From: Longimicrobiales bacterium
GTDB lineage: Bacteria > Gemmatimonadota > Gemmatimonadetes > Longimicrobiales > Gaopeijiaceae
Assembly (NCBI GenBank): GCA_963664435.2
Contig: CAXXKM010000002.1
Span: forward strand, 256,001 to 320,000
Direction: 5' to 3'
Length of the DNA: 64,000 nt
The notes beneath the pieces were generated by a model. It saw nothing but the letters and a program-made list of their open reading frames with translations. It was not told the origin of the DNA and made no database searches. Both the position numbers and the translations under genes were made by a program. Position 1 is the first letter of the stretch, and every line of letters starts with the position of its first letter. Below, one piece after another: positions 1 through 10,171 of this stretch.

Positions 1-1066
1 TCGCGCCTCCGTATCCCACGTAGCGCGCGTCCGTCTCCTTGTCGAGCTGTTTGGACGACGTCCCCGACGACACCAGCCCGTGGAAGCCGCTGATCGCCCC
101 ACAGGCGATGGTCACGAAGAGGAGCGGGAACCAGTTGGGGGTATCGGGCGGCAGATTCGTGTTGATCGCGGGCGCCACCACCGGGGCGTTGGTAAAGATG
201 ATGCCGAGCCCGATGATGCCGAGCGCCACGAACAGCTGGTGGCTGTTGACGTAGTCGCGGGGCTGGAGCAGCAGCCAGACCGGCAGCACGCTGGCGAAGA
301 AGGCGTAGACGAAGAGGACGATGACCCAGCCCGCGCGCACGCCGTCGGTGGTCGCCGCCGCCGCCGCGGCGGCCTGATCGCCCCCGCTGGCCGCTATCTG
401 GGCAGCCGTGGGCGCGAAGCCGAAGAAGTCGGGCAGCTGGAGCGGGACCGACTGGCCCACCCAGATGAGGAAATAGAGCACCGCCAGCGCTCCGAGCGAC
501 GGCAGCAGCAGCCCGGCGCCCGACCGGTAGATGAGGAAGCCCACCGTGATCGCGACCACAAGGCTGCCCCAGACGGGAAGCACCGCCCCCGGGTTGCCGA
601 TGAACAGGTTGGAGATGACGACGGCGAATACCGCGTTCACCAGCAGCAGCAGGAAGAAGATCACCAGCATGAAGAGCACCCGGCCCCGGTCCCCCACGAT
701 CTTGCCTGCCAGCGTCCCGATGGAGTTCGCCTTGTGCCGGGTCGAGATCCACAGCGTGCCGAAGTCATGCACCGCGCCCGCGAAGATGGTGCCCAGCACC
801 ACCCACAGGAACGCGGGCAGCCACCCCCAGATGACCGCGATCGCCGGGCCCACGATGGGTGCGGCTCCCGCAACGGAGGTGAAATGGTGACCGAAGAGCA
901 CGTTGCGGTTGGTGGGCAGGAAGTCCACCCCGTCCTCGAACTCGTGCGCCGGCGTGCGGAAGTCGGGGTCGAGCCGGTAGATCTTCTGGGCGACGTACCG
1001 GGAATAGACCCGGTATCCGGTGGCGAACGCGGCCAATCCGATCAGTAGGAGTACGATTGAACTCAC
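1..1066 (-). CDS. cstA: Carbon starvation CstA family peptide/pyruvate transporter (5' part; runs off window start)
   Basis: Manual minus-strand translation from GTG 1066 (in-frame ATG at 1075): SSIVLLLIGL...TPAHEFEDGVDFLPTNRNVLFGHHFTSVAGAAPIVGPAIAVIWGWLPA, the CstA N-terminal signature; missing from the ORF track because it is truncated. Confidence 0.92.
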   Translation of the reverse strand, partial: MSSIVLLLIGLAAFATGYRVYSRYVAQKIYRLDPDFRTPAHEFEDGVDFLPTNRNVLFGHHFTSVAGAAPIVGPAIAVIWGWLPAFLWVVLGTIFAGAVHDFGTLWISTRHKANSIGTLAGKIVGDRGRVLFMLVIFFLLLLVNAVFAVVISNLFIGNPGAVLPVWGSLVVAITVGFLIYRSGAGLLLPSLGALAVLYFLIWVGQSVPLQLPDFFGFAPTAAQIAASGGDQAAAAAAATTDGVRAGWVIVLFVYAFFASVLPVWLLLQPRDYVNSHQLFVALGIIGLGIIFTNAPVVAPAINTNLPPDTPNWFPLLFVTIACGAISGFHGLVSSGTSSKQLDKETDARYVGYGGA

Positions 1067-1132
1067 GGAAGCCATCCTTTGCTGAGGGAACGATGCGGCT
1101 TCGCCAGCCTGCCGACGCGCGGAACGGTCAGT

Positions 1133-2110
1133 TTACGTCGCGCGCTCCGACCTCGGCAACGCCCCGGCCAGACGTTCCAGCGCCCCCAGCCCATGCAGCC
1201 GGCCCTCGAACAGAGGAATGGCGTGCACCGGATATCCGGAGAAACTCCTGCGCACCCGATCGGCGTATTCCCGCTGGCGGTCGCGCCGGGCCCCCAGCAA
1301 CGTCCCGTCCGCGTCCTCAGGCACCACCTGGTTCAGGAAGATGGCCGCGACCGGGATCCCGTACTTGTCGAGCATCTTCACCGAACGCTCCGTCTCCGCG
1401 ACGGGCAGATGCTCCGGCGTGACCACGAAGACGAAGCCGGTGCGGTGCGGGTCCGTGATCAGGGCGCGTGCATGGCGGAAGCGGGCCCGGCGTTCGGTGA
1501 GCGCGCCGAGCACCGGATCCTCAGCGGGATCCTCGGAGCCCGCCGCCGCGCCCGCCACGTTGCGCCACATGCGCCCGAGCACGTTGACCTTCCTGCGCCG
1601 CGAGATGAGCCCGCTGATCCATGTGTCCATCAGCTCCGGCAGCGAGAGCAGCCGTAGCGTGTGGCCTAGCGGGGCGGTGTCGAAGATCAGGCGGTCCCAG
1701 CTGTCGCGGGCCTCCTCGGCGATGCGCGTGAACCGGTCGAACAGCGCGGCTTCCTCGGCCCCGGGGGTCACGCGCGCGATGTCGATCTGGCGCTCGACCT
1801 CCGCCATCAGGCGCGGTGGCGTGCTGTCGGCGATGCGCGCCTTCACGTCGTCGATGTAGCGGTCGGCTTCCTCCGCGGGATCGATCTCGAGCGCCCACAG
1901 CCGCGGGCGAACCTCCCGCGCCTCCCCGCCCAGCCTGGTCTCGAGCACGTCCGACGTCGAGTGCGCGGGATCCGTCGAGACCAGCAGGGTGCGGTGCCCC
2001 TCGCGCGCGGCCTCGAGGGCCATGGTGGCGGCCAGGGTGGTCTTGCCGACCCCGCCCTTGCCGCCGAAGAAGACGACCTCCCGGTCGAGAATGCGGCGCG
2101 GCCTGGCCAT
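1133..2110 (-). CDS. ArsA/Get3 family ATPase (single domain)
   Basis: Deviant Walker A GGKGGVGKTT, STDPAHS and DTAPLGHTLRLL motifs. Confidence 0.92.
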   Translation of the reverse strand: MARPRRILDREVVFFGGKGGVGKTTLAATMALEAAREGHRTLLVSTDPAHSTSDVLETRLGGEAREVRPRLWALEIDPAEEADRYIDDVKARIADSTPPRLMAEVERQIDIARVTPGAEEAALFDRFTRIAEEARDSWDRLIFDTAPLGHTLRLLSLPELMDTWISGLISRRRKVNVLGRMWRNVAGAAAGSEDPAEDPVLGALTERRARFRHARALITDPHRTGFVFVVTPEHLPVAETERSVKMLDKYGIPVAAIFLNQVVPEDADGTLLGARRDRQREYADRVRRSFSGYPVHAIPLFEGRLHGLGALERLAGALPRSERAT

Positions 2111-2191
2111 CAGCGTGGAGCCGGAGCGGGCCTCACCGGCGATTCGTTCCGCGGGCCGCGCGGGGTCCCGGCTTCAACCGCGGGCCCGGTC

Positions 2192-2512
2192 TCAGCAGCA
2201 CCTGAATCCGCCGTCCGGCGGACGGGGCATGCCGATGCGCCGGTGCCACTGGTGGAATTCCTCGATCACGTCGGGATAGATCTCGAGGGCGTAGAAGGCC
2301 ACCGGGTTCGGGGCTCCCAGCAGGTCTGCAAACCCCAGGAGCAGGAAAGTGTCGCGCTCTTCGCGGTACGCTCGATAGATCTGGGACCGGTAGGGCGCGA
2401 AGTAGATGCCCTCGTAGATCTCGCCCGCGGCCCGCAGGCCCTTCCTCACGCGCCGGATGGCCTTCCGGATCCGGGACGCCAGCCGACCCTCCCTACCCGG
2501 CATCGTATTCAT
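2192..2512 (-). CDS. Small CC*-terminated protein (cory-CC-star-like) associated with CstA/ArsA
   Basis: LLGAPNPVAFYALEIYP...FHQWHRRIGM...GGFRCC-stop; sits beside the ArsA and cstA genes. Confidence 0.8.
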   Translation of the reverse strand: MNTMPGREGRLASRIRKAIRRVRKGLRAAGEIYEGIYFAPYRSQIYRAYREERDTFLLLGFADLLGAPNPVAFYALEIYPDVIEEFHQWHRRIGMPRPPDGGFRCC

Positions 2513-2885
2513 CCTCCGTCACCGGATCTCCCCAGCTCGTCACCGCGTTCACGTTGAGCGCGATGTGGGTCATGGCTCCGCCGGGCGCGGCGCCGTGCCA
2601 GTGGTTCTCGCCGGGCTCCACGACGATGAGGTCTCCCGGCCCGGCTTCCCCGACGGGCTCGCCTTCCTTCTGGTATCGGCAACGGCCCTCCACGATGTAG
2701 AGCATCTGATGACCGCTGTGCGTGTGCCAGTTGGTGCGCGAGCGGGCCTCGAAGTGGACGCGGTAGACGTTCACCCGGGGATCGGCGGGGAGGGCGCCCT
2801 CGATGCGGCGCAAGCTCCCGGGGCCGGTGAAGTTGACCGGATCCGAGGATTCGCGCTCCAGGGTCTCAAGGGGGAAGACGTTCAT
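2493..2885 (-). CDS. Cupin domain protein
   Basis: From ATG 2885 (MNVFPLE); cupin motifs WHTHSGHQMLYIVEG and GENHWHGA. Confidence 0.88.
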   Translation of the reverse strand: MNVFPLETLERESSDPVNFTGPGSLRRIEGALPADPRVNVYRVHFEARSRTNWHTHSGHQMLYIVEGRCRYQKEGEPVGEAGPGDLIVVEPGENHWHGAAPGGAMTHIALNVNAVTSWGDPVTEDEYDAG

Positions 2886-3060
2886 CTTTGCAGTCTCGCC
2901 GTTTTGCGGTTTGGAGAGGTGTTGCCGCGTGCCCATGATCGCGCCTGCCGCGTGCATTGGCCAGTGGACTCCCGTGACGAGGCTCAACATATTTCCGGGC
3001 TGAAGCAAGTGGATTCCGGAGCCGAAGCAGGAATCACGCAGTCGACCGTCTCGCAGAACA

Positions 3061-4053
<993 letters not shown>

Positions 4054-4054
4054 G

Positions 4055-4987
4055 GTGAACCGGCCGGTCGCTCCATCGGGCCCGGATGTCGACCGCATTA
4101 TCCGGGCGGCGCTGGCCGAAGACCTCGGGGACGCGGGCGACATCACCAGCCGGGCGGTGATCCCGCGGGGCGCGCGCACGAGCGCGGCGCTGGTCGCGCG
4201 CGAGGCGGGGGTGGTGGCCGGCCTGCCGGTCGCCGCGCGCGTGTTCGCGCTGGTGAACCCGGAAGTGGCGACCGAACCGCTGTGCAGGGACGGGAGCGCG
4301 GTGACCGGAGGCAGCGTCCTGGCCCGCATCCACGGATCGGCGAGGGATGTGCTGGCCGCTGAGCGGACCGCCCTCAACTTCCTGGGACACCTGAGCGGCA
4401 TCGCCACCCGCACCGCCCGTTTCGTGACGGCCGTCGCGGGAACGCGCGCCCGCATCCTCGACACGCGCAAGACCACGCCCGGGCTGCGCGCGCTGGAGAA
4501 GTACGCGGTGCGCGCCGGCGGCGGAGCCAACCACCGCATCGGCCTATACGACGCGGTGCTGATCAAGGACAACCACATCGCGGTCGCGGGGAGCGTCGCC
4601 CGAGCCGTGAAGGCGGCCCGCGCCGGGACCGGCACAGCCATCGAAGTGGAAGTCGAGACGTGCGGCCAGGCACGAGAAGCGGTGGAGGCGGGCGCGGATA
4701 TCATCCTCCTGGACAACATGGACCCTGCGACCATGCGTGAAGCGGTGCGCCTCATCGACGGAAGAGCCCTCACCGAGGCATCCGGGGGCATCGACCTGGA
4801 ACGTGTGCGCCAGGTGGCCGGGACGGGGGTGGACCGGATCTCCGCGGGGGCGCTGACCTATGGCGTTCCGCGCCTGAACGTCGCCCTCGATTTCGAGAGC
4901 GCCGGCCCCGACGCCAGCCCTGACCTCGACGACGCCGGCCCCGACCTCGACAGCGCCGGCCCCGACCTCGTGAACGCCGCCCCGTGA
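4055..4987 (+). CDS. nadC: Nicotinate-nucleotide diphosphorylase (carboxylating)
   Basis: EDLG..GDITS, ERTALNFL, DTRKTTPGLR, LIKDNH, EVEVE, LLDNM and EASGGI motifs. Confidence 0.97.
   Translation: MNRPVAPSGPDVDRIIRAALAEDLGDAGDITSRAVIPRGARTSAALVAREAGVVAGLPVAARVFALVNPEVATEPLCRDGSAVTGGSVLARIHGSARDVLAAERTALNFLGHLSGIATRTARFVTAVAGTRARILDTRKTTPGLRALEKYAVRAGGGANHRIGLYDAVLIKDNHIAVAGSVARAVKAARAGTGTAIEVEVETCGQAREAVEAGADIILLDNMDPATMREAVRLIDGRALTEASGGIDLERVRQVAGTGVDRISAGALTYGVPRLNVALDFESAGPDASPDLDDAGPDLDSAGPDLVNAAP
4898..4987 (+). repeat. In-frame 21-bp tandem repeat (GCCGGCCCCGACCTCGACnnn; AGPDLDx) extending the NadC C-terminus
   Basis: Units at 4934-4954 and 4955-4975, with degenerate copies at ~4901 and ~4976. 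Confidence 0.8.
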
Positions 4988-5826
4988 GTCCGCCGGACGC
5001 GACTCCGCGCGAATTGCGCCGCCTTCACGACGAAGCTTCGCGCAACCGCGAGACCTTCTACCTCGATCCCGAGACCGGCCTGGCCGTCTTCACCGAATTC
5101 GGCCTGCGCCAGCGGGGCAGTTGCTGCTGGAGCGGCTGCCGCCATTGCCCCTACGAAGCTGAGCGGGCAGACACCGTGGAGGGCGGCCCGGCCGCGGAGC
5201 CTCCGCGGTGGCTCACCTCCCTGCGCCCTGCGCCCGAGCCCGTCGACGTGCTCTTCTGGAGCGGCGGCAAGGACAGTTTTCTCGGCTACCGGGCCCTGGC
5301 GCGCGAGGGGGCCCGTCCCGTCGTCCTCCTGACGACCTTCGACGCGGCCAGCCGGACGATCGCGCACCAGGAGCTGCGGGTGGACTTGGTGATCCGGCAG
5401 GCCGAGCACCTGCAGGCGCCCCTGCTGGGCGTTCCCCTTCATCCCGGCCTCGCCTACGAAGCACGCATAGCCGAGGCCGTCGCGTCGATCCCGGCGATCG
5501 CGCGTTTCGTCTTCGGCGATCTGCACCTCGAGCACATTCGCGAGTGGCGCACGGGGGCGTTCCGGGAGCTCGCGGAGAGCCGCGGCGCATCGCTACATTT
5601 CCCCATCTGGCAGGTGCCCTACGAGGCGCTGATGGCGGATCTGGAGGCCAGCGGCATCGTCTGCGAAGTGTCCGCCGTTACCGATGCGGCGCTGGGCGCG
5701 CTCGTCCCCGGCCAGCGCTTCGACCGACAGGTGATGTCGCGGCTCCCCGACGGCGTGGACCGCTTCGGCGAGAACGGGGAGTTTCACACCCTTGCAAAGG
5801 TGTGGGAGGTGGTCGACCTCCCTTGA
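4984..5826 (+). CDS. Fusion of a Cys-rich DUF5522-like domain and a Dph6/MJ0570-like PP-loop ATP pyrophosphatase
   Basis: RGSCCWSGCRHCPY; PP-loop WSGGKDS; FGDLHLEHIREWR; GENGEFHT; GTGA overlap with the nadC stop. Confidence 0.82.
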   Translation: MSPPDATPRELRRLHDEASRNRETFYLDPETGLAVFTEFGLRQRGSCCWSGCRHCPYEAERADTVEGGPAAEPPRWLTSLRPAPEPVDVLFWSGGKDSFLGYRALAREGARPVVLLTTFDAASRTIAHQELRVDLVIRQAEHLQAPLLGVPLHPGLAYEARIAEAVASIPAIARFVFGDLHLEHIREWRTGAFRELAESRGASLHFPIWQVPYEALMADLEASGIVCEVSAVTDAALGALVPGQRFDRQVMSRLPDGVDRFGENGEFHTLAKVWEVVDLP

Positions 5827-5884
5827 CAGCCTTGGGCGAGCAGTGCCACTCTGTGATTGGGTGTCATACTTCATACTTGGTGAT

Positions 5885-6124
5885 ATGATGCGCACGACCA
5901 TCTCCCTTCCCGACAGCCTCGCCAACCTCGCCCGAAGCGAGGCCCGGCGGCGAGGTGTGAGTTTTTCCGCCCTCGTCCGTCTTTCCCTTGAGCGGCATTT
6001 GTGCCGATCAGCCGGAGACAGGCTGCCCTGGCAAGGCATCATCGCGGACTCCTCATACGCCGCGCGCGACCTCGATCGAGCGATGGCGGCCCGATGGCCT
6101 GACGATGTTGCTGGCGATCGTTGA
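5885..6124 (+). CDS. Ribbon-helix-helix antitoxin (VapB/CopG-like)
   Basis: MMRTTISLPDSLANLARSEARRRGVSFSALVRLSL; overlaps the PIN toxin start. Confidence 0.8.
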   Translation: MMRTTISLPDSLANLARSEARRRGVSFSALVRLSLERHLCRSAGDRLPWQGIIADSSYAARDLDRAMAARWPDDVAGDR

Positions 6125-6515
6125 CAGCGGACCACTCCTGGCAAGCGCGAACTCCGCCGATCCCGATCACGCGGCTTGCGTGGAAGCGCTGACCGAGTCC
6201 GGCGTCGATCTCGTCATCCCGGCTCTCTGCGTCGCGGAAGTCGCGTGGTTCCTCGGACGCCGCCACGGGGCTCAAGCGGAAAGCCGGTTCGTGGACGCCC
6301 TGTCCAGGTTCACGGTCCTGGCCCCTGACGCGAAAGATTGGCCCCGCATTGCCGGCCTCGTCCGCCAATACGCGGATCTTCCACTCGGAACCACGGACGC
6401 TTCAGTCGCGGTGCTAGCCGAAAGGCTCGCGACGACGCGGATCATTACGCTCGACAGGAGGCACTTTTCGGTGCTGCGCAACGCGCGCGGGCAAGCGTTC
6501 GATCTTCGCCCCTGA
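6105..6515 (+). CDS. vapC: PIN-domain VapC family toxin
   Basis: [18 protein letters not shown] and [11 protein letters not shown] motifs; ATG at 6105. Confidence 0.88.
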   Translation: MLLAIVDSGPLLASANSADPDHAACVEALTESGVDLVIPALCVAEVAWFLGRRHGAQAESRFVDALSRFTVLAPDAKDWPRIAGLVRQYADLPLGTTDASVAVLAERLATTRIITLDRRHFSVLRNARGQAFDLRP

Positions 6516-6548
6516 GTTGGGCGGGTTCGATCTGATCCGGACCCGTTC

Positions 6549-9500
6549 TCACTTCCGCGCCAGGCGAAGCGCGTCCTCCTGCAACACCTCGTCGAGGTGG
6601 CTCGCGAGCCGGTCGGCGTCGTCTTCGTCGAAGACCAGCGGCGGCTTGATCTTCACCACGTTGTGGAGCGGGCCGTCGGTGCTGAGCAGGATGCCGCGGT
6701 CGCGCATGCGCTCGACCAGGTAGCCCGCGTGGCGGGGGGCCGGTTCGAGCGATTCGCGGTCCGTCACCAGCTCGATCCCCTGGAAGAGGCCGGTCCCGCG
6801 CGCGTCTCCCACGATCGGATGGCGTTCCACCAGGCCCTTCAGCCCAGCGAGCAGCCGCTCTCCGACGCGGCGAGCGTGGTCCTGCAGCCCTTCCTCTTCG
6901 ATCACGTCCAGAACCGCCAGGCCGATGCTGCACGACACCGGATTGCCGCCGAAGGTGTTGAAGTACTCCATCCCGTTGTTGAAGGAGTCGGCGATCTCCG
7001 GGGTGGTGACCACGGCGGCGAGCGGATGGCCGTTGCCGATGGGCTTGCCCATGGTGACGATGTCCGGCACCACGCCGTGGTCCTCGAAGGCCCAGAAGGA
7101 CGAGCCGGCCCGCCCGAACCCGACCTGCACCTCGTCGGCGATGCAGACGCCCCCGGCCGCCCGCACGCGCTCGAACGCGTCCCGCAGGAAGCCGTCCGGA
7201 AGCACGATCTGGCCGCCGCAGCTCAGGATCGACTCGAAGAGGAAGCCGGCGGGCCGTCCCCCGAGCGCGTCGATGGCGCGGCCAACCTCCTCCGCGTAGC
7301 GCGCGCCGCAATCGGGATCGGAGGACCGGTAGCGGCCGCGGTAGCCGTCCGGCATGGGGACGCACGCCACCCACGGCGGCGGCCCCGCGCCCCCGGGCCC
7401 GTCGAACTTGTAGGAGCTGAGCTGCACCAGGGAGCTGGTGTTGCCGTGGTACCCACCCTCCAGCACGACCATGCCCTCGCGGCCGGTGTGGGTGCGGGCC
7501 ATGCGCAGCGCCAGCTCGTTGGCCTCGCTCCCGGTGCAGACGAAGAAGCAGACGCCGAGCGGGTCGGGTAGTGTGCCCGCGAGACGCCGGGCGTACTCGG
7601 TGAGGCTGTCGTGCAGGTAGCGGGTGTTGGTGTTGAGCACCGCCATCTGCTCGATGCCAGCCTTCACCACGCGCGGGTGCGCGTGGCCCACCTGCGCGAC
7701 GTTGTTCACGCAGTCCAGGTACGGCTGGCCCCCGTCGTCGAACAGGTAGGCGCCGCTGCCGCGCACCATCTCCAGCGGACGACGGTAGGAGATGGAAAGC
7801 GACGGCCCGAGGAGCTGTCGGCGCGCGCCCAGCAGCTCCGGGGCCGCATTCCTGCCGGCCGGGGTCAGCTCCGGGATCCCCAGCACCAGGTTGGGATCGG
7901 GCGAGAGGCTCAGCCACACCTCGCGCTGGCCGGGGGGCGCCACGCCGGGGAAGTCGCCTTCGCGGCCCAGCAGGTCCGTCATCAGCTGGAAGTGCAGATG
8001 CGGGGCCCAGTCTCCGTTCTCCGGATACGGCCCGATTCTGCCGATTTCGTCTCCGGCGGCGATCTGCTGCCCGGGCTCGAGCCCCGCCAGGGAATCGCGC
8101 GACAGGTGGCCGTAAAGAGTGTACCACGCCCCGACCTCACCGGCGTCGGCTCGCGCGCCTGAGTCGGCCGCCCCCCCGGCTTCTCGCGCGCCTTCTTCGC
8201 GTGCCTCGTGCCGCAGAACGATGGTCGGCCCGTAGTCGAGGTGCGCATCGTTGTCGCGGAAACTGTGCACGGTCGCGGCGAAAGGAGCGTGGACCGGCGT
8301 GCCGGGTTCGGCGAAGAGGTCGATGCCCACATGGACGGTTCGCCGCTCGAGGCCGTCTTCCCCCTGGATGGCGAAGGCGTCGGAATCGTACCACCGGCGC
8401 GCTTCGTCATAGCGTCCGACGCCCACGCCGGCCCCGACGGCGCGCATGTGCCGGAACAGCAGATCGGTCCAGCCGCGCGCATCGAGGTCGCCCGTGGTTC
8501 CGAGCCATCGGCTGCCGACGCTCAGGTCGAAGACGGTGTGCGGACCCTCGGCCAGCGCTCGCGGCAGGACCGGCGCGAAACAGCCCTCGTCACGGCGGCG
8601 CTCGAGCCAGGCGCGCAGCGGCCCTGTCCGCGGACACGCTTCCAGGTTACACGCCTCGCGCAACCGGTAATGGACGAAGTCCGGGTGGAACTCCTCCCCG
8701 CGGTCGAGGCGTTCCAGAAGTTCCCAGACGTGCGTTTCGCTGATGCTCAGATACTCGTTGCCCGGCTCCCGGGCCCGCTGGTAGGCAGCCATGGTCGCGC
8801 TCAGGCAGAGCCGCATCCCGGTGAGCGGAAAGACCGCGGCGATTTCCTCCTCCCCGAGGGAATACTCCTCGTGGAAGCCGCTCACGAGCTGCGCCAGGGC
8901 CCCGACGGGATCGCGCTTGGAAAGCATCGCGTAGGCTCCCGCGACTGCCGGTTCGGAAGCCAGCCAGGTGCGCATGGCATCGCCGAAGTCGATGATGCCG
9001 GTGACGCGCCGATCGCCGTAGCGGCCCCCCGGCGGCGTCTCCTCGGCCCGGTTGGCCAGCACGTTGTAGTCGTTGGCGTCCCCGTGCACCACCTGGGTTC
9101 GAAGGGCCGGGATCAGGGGCGCCAGCCGCTTCTCGCAGTCCGCCATCCTGCGGCGTAGCAATGCCCGGCGGTCCTTCGCCTTCACGGTCCCCACCCGCTC
9201 CTCGAAGATGGCGGACGCGGTGCGCAGGTCCCAGTGGAAGCCGGTCTCGGACGCCGGATGCTCGAAATCGGCGAGCGCGGCGTCCAGGCGGGCCAGCAGG
9301 CCTCCCCAGGAGCGCAACAGCTCCAGACTCTGCGGGCGTACCTCGGCAACCGGCACCCCGGGCAGCCAGGTGACGAGACGGAGGGGGTAGTGGATGCCCT
9401 CCTTCTCGATGGACGAAAGTGTGGCTCCGTCCAGATCCGGAAGAACAGCGGGAAATGGTGATCGCAGCGATTCACTGTCGCGTCCATCGCGCGGCAAGCG

Positions 9501-9857
9501 GGTACGGGGATCCGCCGATGCCGCGATGGAGCCGGCAGCAGGCATGCCGTCACCGACGCCGTCGCGCCGAGCCCATCGCTGCGCCAAGCGGGCGAGAATC
9601 GTGTTTTGCATCGCCAGGGAAGCTTCGTCTTCCTCAGAGTTGGCGATCTTGAGGATGCAGGCTTCGCAGTCAGCGGACTCCCCGCCGGCCAGCAACGGAA
9701 CCCGGTCCTTCGGGTCGACCCGCCCGCCATGCCCGCGCGGGCGCAAGAGGAAGTTCTGGTCCCGCTCGCTGGGGAGTTCCTTGGCGCGGACCGCGAGGCC
9801 GTAGCGTTCGATGGCCAGCGTCTCGGCTCGTTCGGGGGTGAAGCTGGGACGGTTCAT
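6549..9857 (-). CDS. Fusion: APH-like phosphotransferase + M23 peptidase-like domain + class III PLP aminotransferase/phospho-lyase
   Basis: HGDANDYN and IIDFGD (kinase); HVGIDLF, YGHL and PHLHFQ (M23); [17 protein letters not shown] and FNTFGGNP (class III PLP). Confidence 0.9.
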   Translation of the reverse strand: MNRPSFTPERAETLAIERYGLAVRAKELPSERDQNFLLRPRGHGGRVDPKDRVPLLAGGESADCEACILKIANSEEDEASLAMQNTILARLAQRWARRDGVGDGMPAAGSIAASADPRTRLPRDGRDSESLRSPFPAVLPDLDGATLSSIEKEGIHYPLRLVTWLPGVPVAEVRPQSLELLRSWGGLLARLDAALADFEHPASETGFHWDLRTASAIFEERVGTVKAKDRRALLRRRMADCEKRLAPLIPALRTQVVHGDANDYNVLANRAEETPPGGRYGDRRVTGIIDFGDAMRTWLASEPAVAGAYAMLSKRDPVGALAQLVSGFHEEYSLGEEEIAAVFPLTGMRLCLSATMAAYQRAREPGNEYLSISETHVWELLERLDRGEEFHPDFVHYRLREACNLEACPRTGPLRAWLERRRDEGCFAPVLPRALAEGPHTVFDLSVGSRWLGTTGDLDARGWTDLLFRHMRAVGAGVGVGRYDEARRWYDSDAFAIQGEDGLERRTVHVGIDLFAEPGTPVHAPFAATVHSFRDNDAHLDYGPTIVLRHEAREEGAREAGGAADSGARADAGEVGAWYTLYGHLSRDSLAGLEPGQQIAAGDEIGRIGPYPENGDWAPHLHFQLMTDLLGREGDFPGVAPPGQREVWLSLSPDPNLVLGIPELTPAGRNAAPELLGARRQLLGPSLSISYRRPLEMVRGSGAYLFDDGGQPYLDCVNNVAQVGHAHPRVVKAGIEQMAVLNTNTRYLHDSLTEYARRLAGTLPDPLGVCFFVCTGSEANELALRMARTHTGREGMVVLEGGYHGNTSSLVQLSSYKFDGPGGAGPPPWVACVPMPDGYRGRYRSSDPDCGARYAEEVGRAIDALGGRPAGFLFESILSCGGQIVLPDGFLRDAFERVRAAGGVCIADEVQVGFGRAGSSFWAFEDHGVVPDIVTMGKPIGNGHPLAAVVTTPEIADSFNNGMEYFNTFGGNPVSCSIGLAVLDVIEEEGLQDHARRVGERLLAGLKGLVERHPIVGDARGTGLFQGIELVTDRESLEPAPRHAGYLVERMRDRGILLSTDGPLHNVVKIKPPLVFDEDDADRLASHLDEVLQEDALRLARK

Positions 9858-10171
9858 GGCTCGCAATGCGGAGTCCGGCTTGCTCCTCGCTGGTTTCGCT
9901 CGCGTGATGTTGGACAGTTCTCGGAATCGAACGCTCCATAGTCGCCTGGCCGGCGTGCGACGGCAAAAAAGAGACGGCGGGATGGGATGCGCCTACTGGA
10001 AAATACCGCCGGCGGGCCGGCGCCGCCTCGGCGCACCTCCGTTACCGCCATGCCGGCTTCCATGCTCAGCCGTCACGCGTGAGTTGATCCGCGTCCACCC
10101 CAAGACCATCTTGGGCGTCATGAAACATCATCAGACGGGAAACCCGACGCGGCGGGGGCCAAGGAAGCGGC

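Noticed and set aside
80..1048. 322-aa plus-strand ORF and many similar long antisense ORFs (e.g. 3034-4791, 12094-13821, 13530-15497, 18139-20073)
   Set aside because: Shadow ORFs opposite well-supported genes in high-GC DNA, with no recognisable motifs
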